A stretch of 64,000 bases of DNA from Clostridiales bacterium. Lineage in GTDB: Bacteria; Bacillota; Clostridia; Oscillospirales; Oscillospiraceae. Below, piece by piece: positions 36,719 through 46,243 of this stretch. Both the position numbers and the translations under genes were made by a program. The notes under the pieces are model-generated. The model made no database searches, had not been told where the DNA came from, and saw nothing but the letters and a program-made list of their open reading frames with translations. Location: NCBI GenBank assembly GCA_004556345.1, contig SFHQ01000008.1, positions 16,540-80,539 of the forward strand, written 5' to 3'. Within the stretch, counting starts at the first letter, position 1; every line of letters starts with the position of its first letter.

Positions 36719-38836
36719 GTGGAAAAGTATCTGTGGATCGGCTTCATCGGCGCCGTCATCGCGCTGCTGTTCGCTGTGATCCAACGCAAAAAGGTCATGT
36801 CCTATTCCGAGGGCAATGCCACGATGCAGAAGATCGCCAAGAGCATCCGTGAGGGCGCCAATGCGTATCTGAAGCACCAGTATTCCACCGTCGCAAAGGT
36901 GTTTGCCGTGGTCTTTGTGATCCTGGCCATCATCGCCTTTGCCAGCGGCGGTAGCATGCTGTCTAAGTTCACCCCCTTCGCCTTCCTCACCGGTGGTATC
37001 TGGTCCATGCTGGCCGGCCTCATCGGCATGAAGATCGCGACCAACGCCAACGCCCGTACCGCCCAGGCTGCCTCCGAGGGCCTCAACCGCGGCCTGCGCG
37101 TGGCTTTCTCCTCCGGCTCCGTCATGGGCTTCACCGTCGTCGGCCTGGGTATGCTGGACATCAGCCTCTGGCTGGTGGGCCTGTACTTCATCGCCGGCAT
37201 CACCGATCCCGTCGAGCTGGGCAACATCATGGTCATGAACGGCATCGGTGCTTCCTTCATGGCTCTGTTTGCCCGTGTGGGCGGCGGTATCTACACCAAG
37301 GCCGCTGACGTGGGCGCCGACCTGGTCGGTAAGGTCGAGGCCGGTATCCCCGAAGATGACCCCCGTAACCCCGCTACCATCGCCGACAACGTGGGCGACA
37401 ACGTGGGCGACGTGGCCGGCATGGGCGCTGACCTGTACGAGTCCTATGTTGGTTCCATCCTGGCTACCTTTGCCCTGGGCGCCTGCGCCGGCTACGGCTG
37501 GCAGGGCATGATCCTGCCCCTGGCTCTGGCTGTCTGCGGCATCATCTGCTCCATCATCGGCTCCTTCCTGGTCAAGACCAAGGAGGACGCTACCCAGAAG
37601 AGCCTGCTGACTTCTCTGCGTACCGGCACCTACACCGCCGCCGTCCTGTCCGCCATCCTCTCCGCCGTCCTGTGCTACTTCATCATGGGCGAGAACTGGC
37701 TGGGCATCTTCATCGCCATCCTGTGCGGTCTGATCGGCGGCTGTGCCATCGGTTACTTCACCGAGTATTTCACCTCCGACAACTACAAGCCCACCAAGAA
37801 GCTGGCCGCTGCCTCTGAGACCGGCGCTGCCACCATCATCATCGGCGGCATCTCCCTGGGCCTCATGTCCACCATCGCCTCCATCCTGATCGTGGCCGCT
37901 GCCATCCTGATCTCCTACTTCGCAGCCGGCGGCACCACCTCCATCCTGGACGCCACCGGCGGCTTCTCCGCCGAGTTCAACCAGGGCCTGTACGGCATCG
38001 GTATCGCCGCTGTCGGCATGCTCTCCACCCTGGGCATCACCCTGGCCACCGACGCTTACGGCCCCGTGGCCGACAACGCCGGCGGTATCGCCGAGATGTC
38101 CGGCCTGCCCGAAGAGGTCCGTGACCGCACCGACGCTCTGGACTCCCTGGGCAACACCACCGCTGCCACCGGTAAGGGCTTTGCCATCGGCTCCGCTTCC
38201 CTGACCGCTCTGGCTCTGCTGGTCTCCTACGTCAACATCGTCCAGACCCGCACCACCGAGACCCTGAACTTCACCCTGACCAGCCCCACCGTTCTGGTCG
38301 GCCTGTTCATCGGCGCGATGCTGACCTTCGTCTTCTCCGCCATGACCATGAGCGCCGTGCAGACCGCTGCGCAGTCCATCGTGCTGGAGGTCCGCCGTCA
38401 GTTCCGCGAGATCACCGGCATCATGGAAGGCAAGACCGACCCTGAGTACGGCAAGTGCGTGGCTCTGTGCACCAAGGGCGCTCTGCATGAGATGGTCGCT
38501 CCCGCTGTGCTGGCCGTCATCGTGCCCATCATCACCGGCCTGATCCTCGGCCCCACCGGCGTCGTGGGTCTGCTGGGCGGCGTGTCCGTCACCGGTTTCG
38601 CCATGGCCGTGTTCATGTCCAACGCCGGCGGCGCTTGGGACAACGCCAAGAAGTACATCGAGCGGGGCAACCACGGCGGCAAGGGCTCTGAGCAGCACAA
38701 GGCAGCCGTTGTCGGCGACACCGTCGGCGACCCCTTCAAGGATACTTCCGGCCCCTCTCTGAACATCCTGATCAAGCTGTGCTCCACGGTCTCCATCGTG
38801 TTCTCCGGCCTGATCCTGGCCTTCTCCCTGCTGTAA
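36719..38836 (+). CDS. hppA: Membrane pyrophosphatase, K+-dependent, probably Na+-translocating
   Basis: DVGADLVGKVE, EDDPRN, ADLYES, GNTTAA (Ala = K+-dependent type), GDTVGDPFKD. Confidence 0.93.
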   Translation: MEKYLWIGFIGAVIALLFAVIQRKKVMSYSEGNATMQKIAKSIREGANAYLKHQYSTVAKVFAVVFVILAIIAFASGGSMLSKFTPFAFLTGGIWSMLAGLIGMKIATNANARTAQAASEGLNRGLRVAFSSGSVMGFTVVGLGMLDISLWLVGLYFIAGITDPVELGNIMVMNGIGASFMALFARVGGGIYTKAADVGADLVGKVEAGIPEDDPRNPATIADNVGDNVGDVAGMGADLYESYVGSILATFALGACAGYGWQGMILPLALAVCGIICSIIGSFLVKTKEDATQKSLLTSLRTGTYTAAVLSAILSAVLCYFIMGENWLGIFIAILCGLIGGCAIGYFTEYFTSDNYKPTKKLAAASETGAATIIIGGISLGLMSTIASILIVAAAILISYFAAGGTTSILDATGGFSAEFNQGLYGIGIAAVGMLSTLGITLATDAYGPVADNAGGIAEMSGLPEEVRDRTDALDSLGNTTAATGKGFAIGSASLTALALLVSYVNIVQTRTTETLNFTLTSPTVLVGLFIGAMLTFVFSAMTMSAVQTAAQSIVLEVRRQFREITGIMEGKTDPEYGKCVALCTKGALHEMVAPAVLAVIVPIITGLILGPTGVVGLLGGVSVTGFAMAVFMSNAGGAWDNAKKYIERGNHGGKGSEQHKAAVVGDTVGDPFKDTSGPSLNILIKLCSTVSIVFSGLILAFSLL

Positions 38837-38879
38837 GCAGACAAAGGCACTGTCACTTGAGCAAGTGATCGAGCTTTTC

Positions 38880-38918
38880 ACAGCCCCGAACCGCCCCCCG
38901 GCGGTTCGGGGCTGTTTC
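38880..38918 (+). terminator. Intrinsic terminator
   Basis: acagccccgaaccgcc / ggcggttcggggctgt followed by ttc. Confidence 0.75.
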
Positions 38919-38996
38919 TGTCGCTTTTCTGCTTGCTCTGCCCGGTCAGATGGGGTATACTAAAGTGTTACCAAGCAAACCCGCGAAAGGAATCCG

Positions 38997-39917
38997 CTGA
39001 CGGCCTGCGCCCCCGCCGGTCAAACGGCAGCGCAGGACGACGGCACGACCCACCTCGTCGCCACGACCTACCCCGTCTATCTCTTCACCTCTGAGCTTGT
39101 AAAGGGGGCCGAGGGCATCACCGTCGACCTGATGATCGACCAGCCCATCAGCTGCCTGCACGACTACACTCTGTCCGTCAAAGACATGAAGACGTTGGAG
39201 CGGGCCGACCTCATCATCCTGAGCGGCGCAGGCTTAGAGGAGACGATGGAGGACGCCTTAGACACCGTCTCCGACACTCCCCAGATCGACTGCGCCCAGG
39301 GCATCGCCCTCTTAGAGAGCAGCCACGACCATGACCATGGGCATGACCATGACGACCACGAGGACGCCGACCACGATGAGCCGTCGGACCACGACCATGA
39401 GAGCGACCCCCACATCTGGCTGGACCCCAACCGCGTGGAGCAGATGCTGGACAATCTCGCCGCTGGCCTGCGCCGCTTCGACCCGACCCACGCCGCCCTC
39501 TATGAGACCAACTGCCGGCTGGCCCAGGAGCAGCTGAAGACAGCCTACCCCCAGATGCAGGCCGCCTTACAGAACCTCGCCTGCCGGGACCTCATCACCT
39601 TCCACGACGGCTTTACCTACTTTGCCGAAGCCTTTGACCTGGACATTTTACGGGCCATCGAGGAGGAGGCAGGCAGCGAGGCCTCCGCCAAGGACGTCAT
39701 GGAGATCGTGGAGGAGATCGACCATCATCAGATCCCCGCCATCTTCACCGAGGTCAACGGCTCGGATGCCACCGCCCAGATGATCCACCGGGAGTGCGGC
39801 GTCACCGTCCGGCCCCTGACCCTGATGATGGGGGCCACCGACGGCACCCCCGGCATCGCCCTGTACCTGGACCTGCTCTGGTCCGACGTGAACACCCTTC
39901 GGGAGGCATACGCATGA
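38997..39917 (+). CDS. Zn/Mn ABC substrate-binding protein (ZnuA/AdcA-like); start codon and signal peptide appear to be missing
   Basis: In frame from 38997: LTAC..VATTYPVY..CLHDY..His-rich loop..DPHIWLDP..FHDGFTYF; in-frame stop at 38961 and no ATG/GTG/TTG before 39132. Confidence 0.75.
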   Translation: MTACAPAGQTAAQDDGTTHLVATTYPVYLFTSELVKGAEGITVDLMIDQPISCLHDYTLSVKDMKTLERADLIILSGAGLEETMEDALDTVSDTPQIDCAQGIALLESSHDHDHGHDHDDHEDADHDEPSDHDHESDPHIWLDPNRVEQMLDNLAAGLRRFDPTHAALYETNCRLAQEQLKTAYPQMQAALQNLACRDLITFHDGFTYFAEAFDLDILRAIEEEAGSEASAKDVMEIVEEIDHHQIPAIFTEVNGSDATAQMIHRECGVTVRPLTLMMGATDGTPGIALYLDLLWSDVNTLREAYA

Positions 39918-40711
39918 GACACGCCAAACAAGCCCACACCCGCATCCCCGTCCCGGCCCGGCCGGGGGCCTGTCAGCTCACCGTCCGGGACCTGGGCGTG
40001 ACCCTGGAGGGGACGGAAATTTTACAGGACGTCTCCTTCCAGCTCAACTGCCGGGAGATCGTCGCCCTCATCGGCCCCAACGGGGCCGGCAAATCCTCCC
40101 TCTTCCGCAGCATCCTGGGCCAGATCCCCTACACCGGCACCATCAAGTTCGAGCTGGCCGGGGGCTACCCCAGCCACCCCAAGATCGGCTACGTCCCCCA
40201 AAGCCCCAGCTTCGACCGAAGCTGTCCCATCAGCGTCTTAGACTTCTTCGCCGCCGCCATCAGCCGCTGGCCGGTGTTCCTGCCCGTCCCCGCCCCCCTG
40301 CGGGACAAGGTGTCCGCGTGCCTTTCCCGCGTCCACGGCGAGGCCCTGCTCCACAAGCGCATCGGGACGCTCTCCGGCGGTGAGCTGCAGCGGGTCCTCA
40401 TGGCCCTGGCCCTGGAGCCTCTGCCCCAAATTTTGATCTTAGACGAGCCACTCTCCGGGGTGGACGTGGGCGGCGAGCATCTGCTCATGGACATGCTGGA
40501 TGAGATCCGCCAGACCTATGACCTGTCCATCCTCTTCTCCACCCACGATTTCTCCACCCTGCAGCAGTACGCCGACAAAGTGATCCTGCTCAAAAGCACC
40601 ATTCTCAAGACCGGCACCCCCGCCGAGGTCCTCACCTCCCCGGAGTTCCGCTCGGTCTTTCACCTCGACCTCGGCTTGCATCCCAATGGGGAAGGAGGGG
40701 CTGCACAATGA
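39914..40711 (+). CDS. Metal ABC transporter ATP-binding protein
   Basis: GPNGAGKS, IGYVPQ, LSGGELQR, LDEP, STHD. Confidence 0.92.
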   Translation: MRHAKQAHTRIPVPARPGACQLTVRDLGVTLEGTEILQDVSFQLNCREIVALIGPNGAGKSSLFRSILGQIPYTGTIKFELAGGYPSHPKIGYVPQSPSFDRSCPISVLDFFAAAISRWPVFLPVPAPLRDKVSACLSRVHGEALLHKRIGTLSGGELQRVLMALALEPLPQILILDEPLSGVDVGGEHLLMDMLDEIRQTYDLSILFSTHDFSTLQQYADKVILLKSTILKTGTPAEVLTSPEFRSVFHLDLGLHPNGEGGAAQ

Positions 40712-41553
40712 CATTCTGGTACTGGCTCCTGTCCTGGCTGCCCTTCGAGTGGGCCGCGCCGGACACGATGCTTTTTATGAAAAACGCGCTCCTGGCCGTC
40801 CTGGTCGTCACGCCCCTCTTCGGCCTGCTCTCCACCATGGTCGTCGAGAGCCGCATGGCCTTCTTCTCCGACGCCCTGGGCCACTCCGCCTTTACCGGCA
40901 TGGCCATCGGCGCTCTCTGCGGCCTGACGCGCCCTGTGGGGGCCGCCGTGGTCTTCGCCGTGGTCATTGCCCTGCTCTTCACCCTCGTGCGCCAGAAGAC
41001 CCACATGGCCAGCGACACGGCCATCAGCGTCTTCTCCTCTGCCGCCGTGGCCCTGGGCATCTTCCTCAGTACCCTGGGCGGACAGAGCTTCACGAAGTTC
41101 AACACGCTCCTCATCGGCGACATCCTCAGCGTCGCCCCCGCGGAGATCGGCCTTTTGGCCCTCATCCTTCTGGCCCTGGTGATCCTATGGCTCACGTCCT
41201 ACAACCAGATGATGCTCTCCTCCATCCACCAGGCCCTGGCGGACAGCCGGGGCATCCAAGTGGTCTGGAAGAACTTCCTCTTCACCGCCGCCATCGCCGT
41301 CGTGGTCACCATCTCCATGACCTGGGTGGGCCTGCTGGTCATCAACGCCCTGCTGGTCCTGCCCGGCGCAGCGGCCCGGAATCTGGCCAAAAATCTGCCG
41401 CAGTACCACCTCATCTCCATCCTGGGCGGCATCGTCTGCGGCATCGCGGGCCTCATGGTGTCGTACTACTTAGGCACGTCCACCGGCGCCTCCATCACGC
41501 TGCTGCTGGCGGTGTGGTTCTTTGTCACGCTGCTGGTGCGGCGGGCGCACTAA
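40708..41553 (+). CDS. Metal ABC transporter permease
   Basis: AFFSDALGHSA, LIGDIL, VGLLVINALLVLP. Confidence 0.92.
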   Translation: MTFWYWLLSWLPFEWAAPDTMLFMKNALLAVLVVTPLFGLLSTMVVESRMAFFSDALGHSAFTGMAIGALCGLTRPVGAAVVFAVVIALLFTLVRQKTHMASDTAISVFSSAAVALGIFLSTLGGQSFTKFNTLLIGDILSVAPAEIGLLALILLALVILWLTSYNQMMLSSIHQALADSRGIQVVWKNFLFTAAIAVVVTISMTWVGLLVINALLVLPGAAARNLAKNLPQYHLISILGGIVCGIAGLMVSYYLGTSTGASITLLLAVWFFVTLLVRRAH

Positions 41554-41573
41554 TGGTGGCCGCCGGAGGCGGC

Positions 41574-41869
41574 GGATTAGATTCGTGGTTCCGTGTGGTG
41601 CCGTTCTGCCTTAGTACACGGCGGACTGCTTGCGCAACGTAGCCCTCATTCGTCCGCTTCGCGGCCACCTTCCCCCCAGGGGAAGGCTTTGCGCTGTACC
41701 GTATATCATAAGAAAGTACAACATTTCAAGTTTGTACCGCGTAGACAGAGCCTTCCCCGAGGGGGAAGGTGGGCCGGGCAAAGCCCGGGTCGGATGAGGG
41801 CTACCTACCGAACGGAATCGGTAGTATATCAACCCAACCACGCACCTTGCGGTACCCCCAATCCAATCC
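41574..41869. repeat. Large imperfect palindromic element (CCCTCATCCG..CCACCTTCCCC family), copy 1, with AT-rich central spacer
   Basis: Inverted termini ggattagattcgtggttccg / cggtacccccaatccaatcc; inner inverted agccctcattcg / cggatgagggct; two ccttcccc/ggggaagg hairpins. Confidence 0.75.
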
Positions 41870-41975
41870 ATCCGCCAAAGGCGGACTCCATCGCCGACCT
41901 GCCCTCCCGCAGGTCGGCTTTCTTGCAAAAAGAAAGCACGCCGCAACGGTCCGAGTGGAACCGCCTGCGACGTGC

Positions 41976-42305
41976 TTATTCTTTGATATTCTGTTCTTTC
42001 AGCCAGGTGAGCAACCCCCGCGCCATCTCCAGTTCTCGCGGGGACATAGGGCGGAGCAGGGAGGCCACATCCTTCCAGGCCTCGCTGCGCTGGCTCGTAC
42101 CCACCAGAAACTCATCCGGTGTAGTGTCCAGCGCAATGGCCAGGCGCATGATGACCTCGGTGGAAGGAATGGAGACGGCCCGCTCGATATTGGAGAGATA
42201 GGGGTCGCTGATATCCACCATCTCGCTGAGCTGCGCCTGACGCAACCCCAGCTCTTTTCTGCGCTTGGCAATGCGTTTGCCGATTTCAGTATAGTCCAGC
42301 TCCAT
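41976..42305 (-). CDS. XRE-family transcriptional regulator
   Basis: IGKRIAKRRKELGLRQAQLSE..YLSNIERAVSIPS; RBS AAGGGG. Confidence 0.88.
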   Translation of the reverse strand: MELDYTEIGKRIAKRRKELGLRQAQLSEMVDISDPYLSNIERAVSIPSTEVIMRLAIALDTTPDEFLVGTSQRSEAWKDVASLLRPMSPRELEMARGLLTWLKEQNIKE

Positions 42306-42380
42306 GTGCACCCCTTCTTTCCCCTCTATTGTATCTCGAATGTGGCACAATGAAACAATCTATAAATTAGAAAAATTTTC

Positions 42381-42409
42381 TTGACGTTGATAAAATTCGT
42401 TCTTATAAT
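42381..42409 (+). promoter_or_regulatory. Sigma-A promoter
   Basis: TTGACG-17-TATAAT in an AT-rich divergent spacer. Confidence 0.7.
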
Positions 42410-42458
42410 ATAAAACATAAACTAGAAGATTAAGTTTTTTATTTTGTGCAGAAAGGGG

Positions 42459-42860
42459 ATGTTCCCACTGATCTCCGTCTTTCGGCTGGCCTCCAGGAGG
42501 CAGCCTGGGTTTCGCCTTTCGGGAGAGGCGGTCTCTTTGCCGCGCTTCCAGGCACTTTTGGAGCGGCGCAATCGGGAGACCTATCGCCTGCCCCTGGTCA
42601 TCACCCAGGAGACCCTCTCTTCCCTCCCCGACGAGCCGCTGCGCCCCTGCCTACTCGTCTCCCACCGGGACCACCCCAAGTCCTACTTCCGCCACTGCAT
42701 CCTCTTTGAGATGCAGGACGGCGTGCCCGTGCTGGACATGAAATACGGCGGCCAGAGGGAAGGCCGCGCAGACGTGAAGGATGAGTATCGGTATTACGAG
42801 GAGCTGGGGCTACTGTTTGAGGGGTGCTGCCAGGAAATGGTGTCCGGCAGAGCCAGATGA
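42459..42860 (+). CDS. Hypothetical protein
   Basis: About 130-aa ORF downstream of a consensus promoter and AAAGGGG; start uncertain. Confidence 0.55.
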   Translation: MFPLISVFRLASRRQPGFRLSGEAVSLPRFQALLERRNRETYRLPLVITQETLSSLPDEPLRPCLLVSHRDHPKSYFRHCILFEMQDGVPVLDMKYGGQREGRADVKDEYRYYEELGLLFEGCCQEMVSGRAR

Positions 42861-43070
42861 TTTGATGCGTGGTTCCGCATCGGACGGTCGTAGCTTAGTA
42901 CACTACGGACTGCTTGCAGGACGTAGCCCTCATCCGTCCGCTTCGCGGCCACCTTCCCCGAGGGGGAAGGTGGGCCGGGCATCAGCCCGGGTCGGATGAG
43001 GGCGACCTACCAAAAGGAATCGGTCGTGTACTAAGGCAACACCCTACCCCGCAGAACCACCCATCAAATC
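42859..43070. repeat. Large imperfect palindromic element, copy 2 (no central spacer)
   Basis: gatttgatg..gtggttc..cttagtacac..ccctcatccg..ccaccttcccc | ggggaaggtgg..cggatgaggg..gtgtactaag..gaaccac..catcaaatc. Confidence 0.8.
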
Positions 43071-43099
43071 CATTTTGCAAAGCAAAACTCCATGACAGA

Positions 43100-43130
43100 A
43101 AAGCCCCGAACCAGATCGGTTCGGGGCTTT
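43100..43130 (-). terminator. Terminator of the efp operon
   Basis: aaagccccgaacc / ggttcggggcttt. Confidence 0.7.
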
Positions 43131-43153
43131 GCCTTGTCGATGGTAAGTCGTCT

Positions 43154-43588
43154 TTACTGGGGGTCATCCGCGCCGTCGTCGGTCTCGGGCTCCTCCACCA
43201 GGTCCATGGAGAAGCGGTCGCCGCAGTTGGGGCAGGTCACTTCGCCGATGTCCAGCACGCTCTCGTCGATCACGATGTCCTCGCCGCAGCTGGGGCACTC
43301 GATCTCGAAGAAATCATCGCCCAGGTCAGACAGGTCCAGGGTGTCGTCCTCATCCTCGTCGTCCTCGTCAAACAGAGCGGTCTCCACGTCGCTGAGGTCC
43401 TCGGCCATGGACTCCATGCCGTCGGTCAGGGCTTCCACCTCGACCTCCAGGTCCTCCACGGCAAAGCCCACGTCCTCCAGGACGTCGATGATCTTTGCGA
43501 TGATCTTGCCCTCTTTAGAAGGCTCTTTGTCCAGGTCCAGGCCGTCGGCCAGACCCTTCAGATAGGCAACCTTTTCAGAAATCGTCAT
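43154..43588 (-). CDS. CD1247-like acidic protein with zinc ribbon
   Basis: EKVAYLKGLADG N-terminus; CPSC..CPNC; typical efp neighbour in Clostridia. Confidence 0.8.
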   Translation of the reverse strand: MTISEKVAYLKGLADGLDLDKEPSKEGKIIAKIIDVLEDVGFAVEDLEVEVEALTDGMESMAEDLSDVETALFDEDDEDEDDTLDLSDLGDDFFEIECPSCGEDIVIDESVLDIGEVTCPNCGDRFSMDLVEEPETDDGADDPQ

Positions 43589-43617
43589 GGAACAACCATC
43601 CTTTCCCGTGCCGGGTC

Positions 43618-44181
43618 TTAGCCCTTGGCACGCTCCAGATACTCGCCGGTACGAGTGTCGATCTTGATCTTGTCACCGGGGTTGATGAACAGGGGCACCT
43701 TGATCTCGGCGCCGGTCTCCACGGTGGCGGGCTTGGTCACGTTGGTGGCGGTGTCGCCCTTGAAGCCGGGGTCGGTCTCGGTGACCTCCAGCTCCACGAA
43801 GGTGGGGGGCTCGACGGCAAAGACCTTGCCCTTGTAGCTGTTGACCTTGCAGGGCATGTTCTCCTTCACGAAACGGAAGCTGTCGCCCAGGATCTCGGCG
43901 GCGATGGGGATCATGTCGTAGGTCTCCTGGTCCATGAAGTAGTACAGGTCGCCATCGTTGTAGCTGTACTCCATGTCCTTCTTCTCCACGTAAGCGTTCT
44001 CAAACTTGGCCGTGGGGTTGAAAGAGGTCTCGGTGACGGCACCGGTGATGACATTCTTCATCTTGGTCCGCACGAAGGCAGCGCCCTTACCGGGCTTCAC
44101 GTGCTGGAACTCCACCACCTGCATGACCTGGCCGTCCATCTCAAAGGTGACGCCATTGCGAAAATCGCCGGCAGTAATCAT
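43618..44181 (-). CDS. efp: Elongation factor P
   Basis: [31 protein letters not shown]. Confidence 0.97.
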   Translation of the reverse strand: MITAGDFRNGVTFEMDGQVMQVVEFQHVKPGKGAAFVRTKMKNVITGAVTETSFNPTAKFENAYVEKKDMEYSYNDGDLYYFMDQETYDMIPIAAEILGDSFRFVKENMPCKVNSYKGKVFAVEPPTFVELEVTETDPGFKGDTATNVTKPATVETGAEIKVPLFINPGDKIKIDTRTGEYLERAKG

Positions 44182-44417
44182 AGTAACTCATCCTCCAAAC
44201 TAAATTGCCGTGCCGGCGGGTGCCGGTGGCTGAAACAAGTGCATCCGGAAACGACGGCCCGCGGCCGTCTTTCATTCCATAGTCGCTCCTTATTTTACAA
44301 TACCTTGCGGGCTTTTGCAAGGGAATTTCCGTAATCCGGTGGATTCTGGGGCATTTTCTCTGCGTTTTCTCCTGCCCCCCGGCCGCATGACGGACGGCGC
44401 CCGCGCATCCCGACGCA

Positions 44418-44921
44418 TTACAGACGGCGCCCGTCCTCGGCCCCGGCCCGGAACGGCGTCTCGATGCCAAAGCGCAGGAGCCGAAAGACCGTCCCAAACC
44501 GGATGGGGTGGACCAGCAGGGTCAGGACCCCCGCTCGGTTCCCCCCCAGAATATCCGTAAAGATCTGGTCGCCGACAATGGCGGCCTCCTCCGGGGCCGC
44601 GTTCATCCGGGCCAGCGCCCGGCGAAATCCCCCGGACTTGGGCTTGCCCGCGTGCCCCTCATAGGGGATGCCCAGGGCCTCGGCGTAGTGCTGCGCCCGC
44701 CCCGGCCGGCGGCTGTTCGAGAGCAGGAAGAGGGTGATGCCCGCCTGCTCCAGCCGCGCCCGCCAGGCGACCACATCCTGGCTGGGCGTGGGCACGCCGT
44801 AGGGGGCCAGGGTGTTGTCCAGGTCCGCCAGCAGGACCCTCACGCCCCGCGCCCGCAGGCGCTCCGGGTCAATGGCATAGATATCGGGAAAATAGTAATC
44901 GGGTACGAACGGAAATTTCAT
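44418..44921 (-). CDS. yqeG: YqeG-family HAD IIIA phosphatase
   Basis: DLDNTL, LSN, AGKP, VGDQIFTDILGGNRAG. Confidence 0.9.
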   Translation of the reverse strand: MKFPFVPDYYFPDIYAIDPERLRARGVRVLLADLDNTLAPYGVPTPSQDVVAWRARLEQAGITLFLLSNSRRPGRAQHYAEALGIPYEGHAGKPKSGGFRRALARMNAAPEEAAIVGDQIFTDILGGNRAGVLTLLVHPIRFGTVFRLLRFGIETPFRAGAEDGRRL

Positions 44922-45011
44922 GGTGCCACCTTCTAATCCTTCCTCTGGTCTCATAGAGTGCAAGTGTTTCCCAGTATACACGAACCACACCCAACGGACA
45001 AGGGGGTACCC

Positions 45012-45821
45012 ATGGAAATGACACACACCCGGCAATTCCTGCTCACGCCGCCCCAGGACCTCCCCCAGGCGCAGCCCTGGGGCCTGCCCCTGGTCTATCT
45101 CAGCGGCCAGCTTGGCCCCACGGGGCAGTTCACCGCCGCCCCCCTGCCCCCGGAGGTCCGGGGCGGGCTGCTGCTCGTAGGCATCTCGGAAGCGCCCCAG
45201 CCGGGCGCAGACCCCAAGCACGCGGCCCAGGCCATCCTGACCCTCTGCCGCGCCCGGCGCTTTGGCGGGGCGGTGCTGGACGTCGATTGCCCGCCCACGC
45301 CCTATCTCGCCCGCCTCATCCGCCTGCTGGACGAGGGGCTCAGTCCGTCCGGCGGCTGGCTGTACCTCCCCGAAGCCTACGGGGCCTACAGCAAGCGGGC
45401 CTTGCTCTACTGCACCGCCGCCGTCTCCGGCGGCTCCCTCCGGCACCGGCTGGAGGATCTGATCGCCCGCTGGGGAAAGCACCGTCTCGTCCTCTGTCTC
45501 CGCCGCACGCGGGAGGATTTCTTTCTCCCTGCGCCCACAGGCTGTGGAAAACCCCTGACCCCGGAGGCGCTGGCAGCGCTTCGGCGGCAGTTTGAGCCAA
45601 ACGTGTTTTACTCCCGTGATCTCTGCGCCCACTATTTTACCTACATGAGCCGCAGCACCGGCGCTCACTTCGTCCTCTTCGACGATGTGGAGAGCCTGCG
45701 CCAAAAACGCGCCCTGGCCCAGGAAGTGGGCATCCGGCAGTTTTTCCTGCTCTACCCGGAGGTGGCGGACCTTCTGCCGGCGCTTCTTGGGGCCTCTGAC
45801 GCGAAAACCCCCTGCCCGTGA
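45012..45821 (+). CDS. Hypothetical protein, degenerate GH18 (spore glycoside hydrolase)-like
   Basis: C-terminal HYFTY..HFVLFDDVESLRQKRALAQEVGI resembles the GH18 C-terminus; FGGAVLDVD lacks the catalytic DxE. Confidence 0.5.
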   Translation: MEMTHTRQFLLTPPQDLPQAQPWGLPLVYLSGQLGPTGQFTAAPLPPEVRGGLLLVGISEAPQPGADPKHAAQAILTLCRARRFGGAVLDVDCPPTPYLARLIRLLDEGLSPSGGWLYLPEAYGAYSKRALLYCTAAVSGGSLRHRLEDLIARWGKHRLVLCLRRTREDFFLPAPTGCGKPLTPEALAALRRQFEPNVFYSRDLCAHYFTYMSRSTGAHFVLFDDVESLRQKRALAQEVGIRQFFLLYPEVADLLPALLGASDAKTPCP

Positions 45822-45838
45822 TCGGACAGGGGGTTTTT
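45804..45838. terminator. Bidirectional terminator
   Basis: aaaaccccctg / cagggggtttt between convergent genes. Confidence 0.7.
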
Positions 45839-45844
45839 AAGATA

Positions 45845-46027
45845 TCAATAATACTTTTTACGGTTCTTCCGCGCTGCCTCAGACTTCTTGCGGCGCTTCA
45901 CGCTGGGGCTCTCATAGTGCTCTCTTTTCCGCACCTCAGCCAGGACGCCGGACTTCGCGCAGCTTCGCTTGAACCGCTTCAGGGCGCTCTCCAGAGACTC
46001 GTTCTCCCGCACATGGATTTCAGACAT
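45845..46027 (-). CDS. rpsU: 30S ribosomal protein S21
   Basis: [40 protein letters not shown]. Confidence 0.97.
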   Translation of the reverse strand: MSEIHVRENESLESALKRFKRSCAKSGVLAEVRKREHYESPSVKRRKKSEAARKNRKKYY

Positions 46028-46110
46028 TCGTTTTCCCTCCCTCCGAAGTGGTGGACTCGATTTCTTCCACGCACCAAAGGGCCATCGTAAAATATGGCTT
46101 TAACAGTGGT

Positions 46111-46139
46111 ATTATATGCAATCTCCGCGCAATTGTCAA
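46111..46139 (-). promoter_or_regulatory. Consensus sigma-A promoter of rpsU
   Basis: Minus strand TTGACA-17 bp-TATAAT. Confidence 0.85.
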
Positions 46140-46243
46140 GAGGATGAAGCGAAGTTTTTCCACATTTCCCGCATTCGGCGGAAATTTCTCGCAAAGTTAT
46201 CCCCAAAAGGTCGCCCGTTTGGGGATAACTTTCGCTGGTTTTC

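Noticed and set aside
39322..39402. His/Asp-rich repeat as a novel element
   Set aside because: This is the ordinary His-rich loop of ZnuA/AdcA-type proteins.
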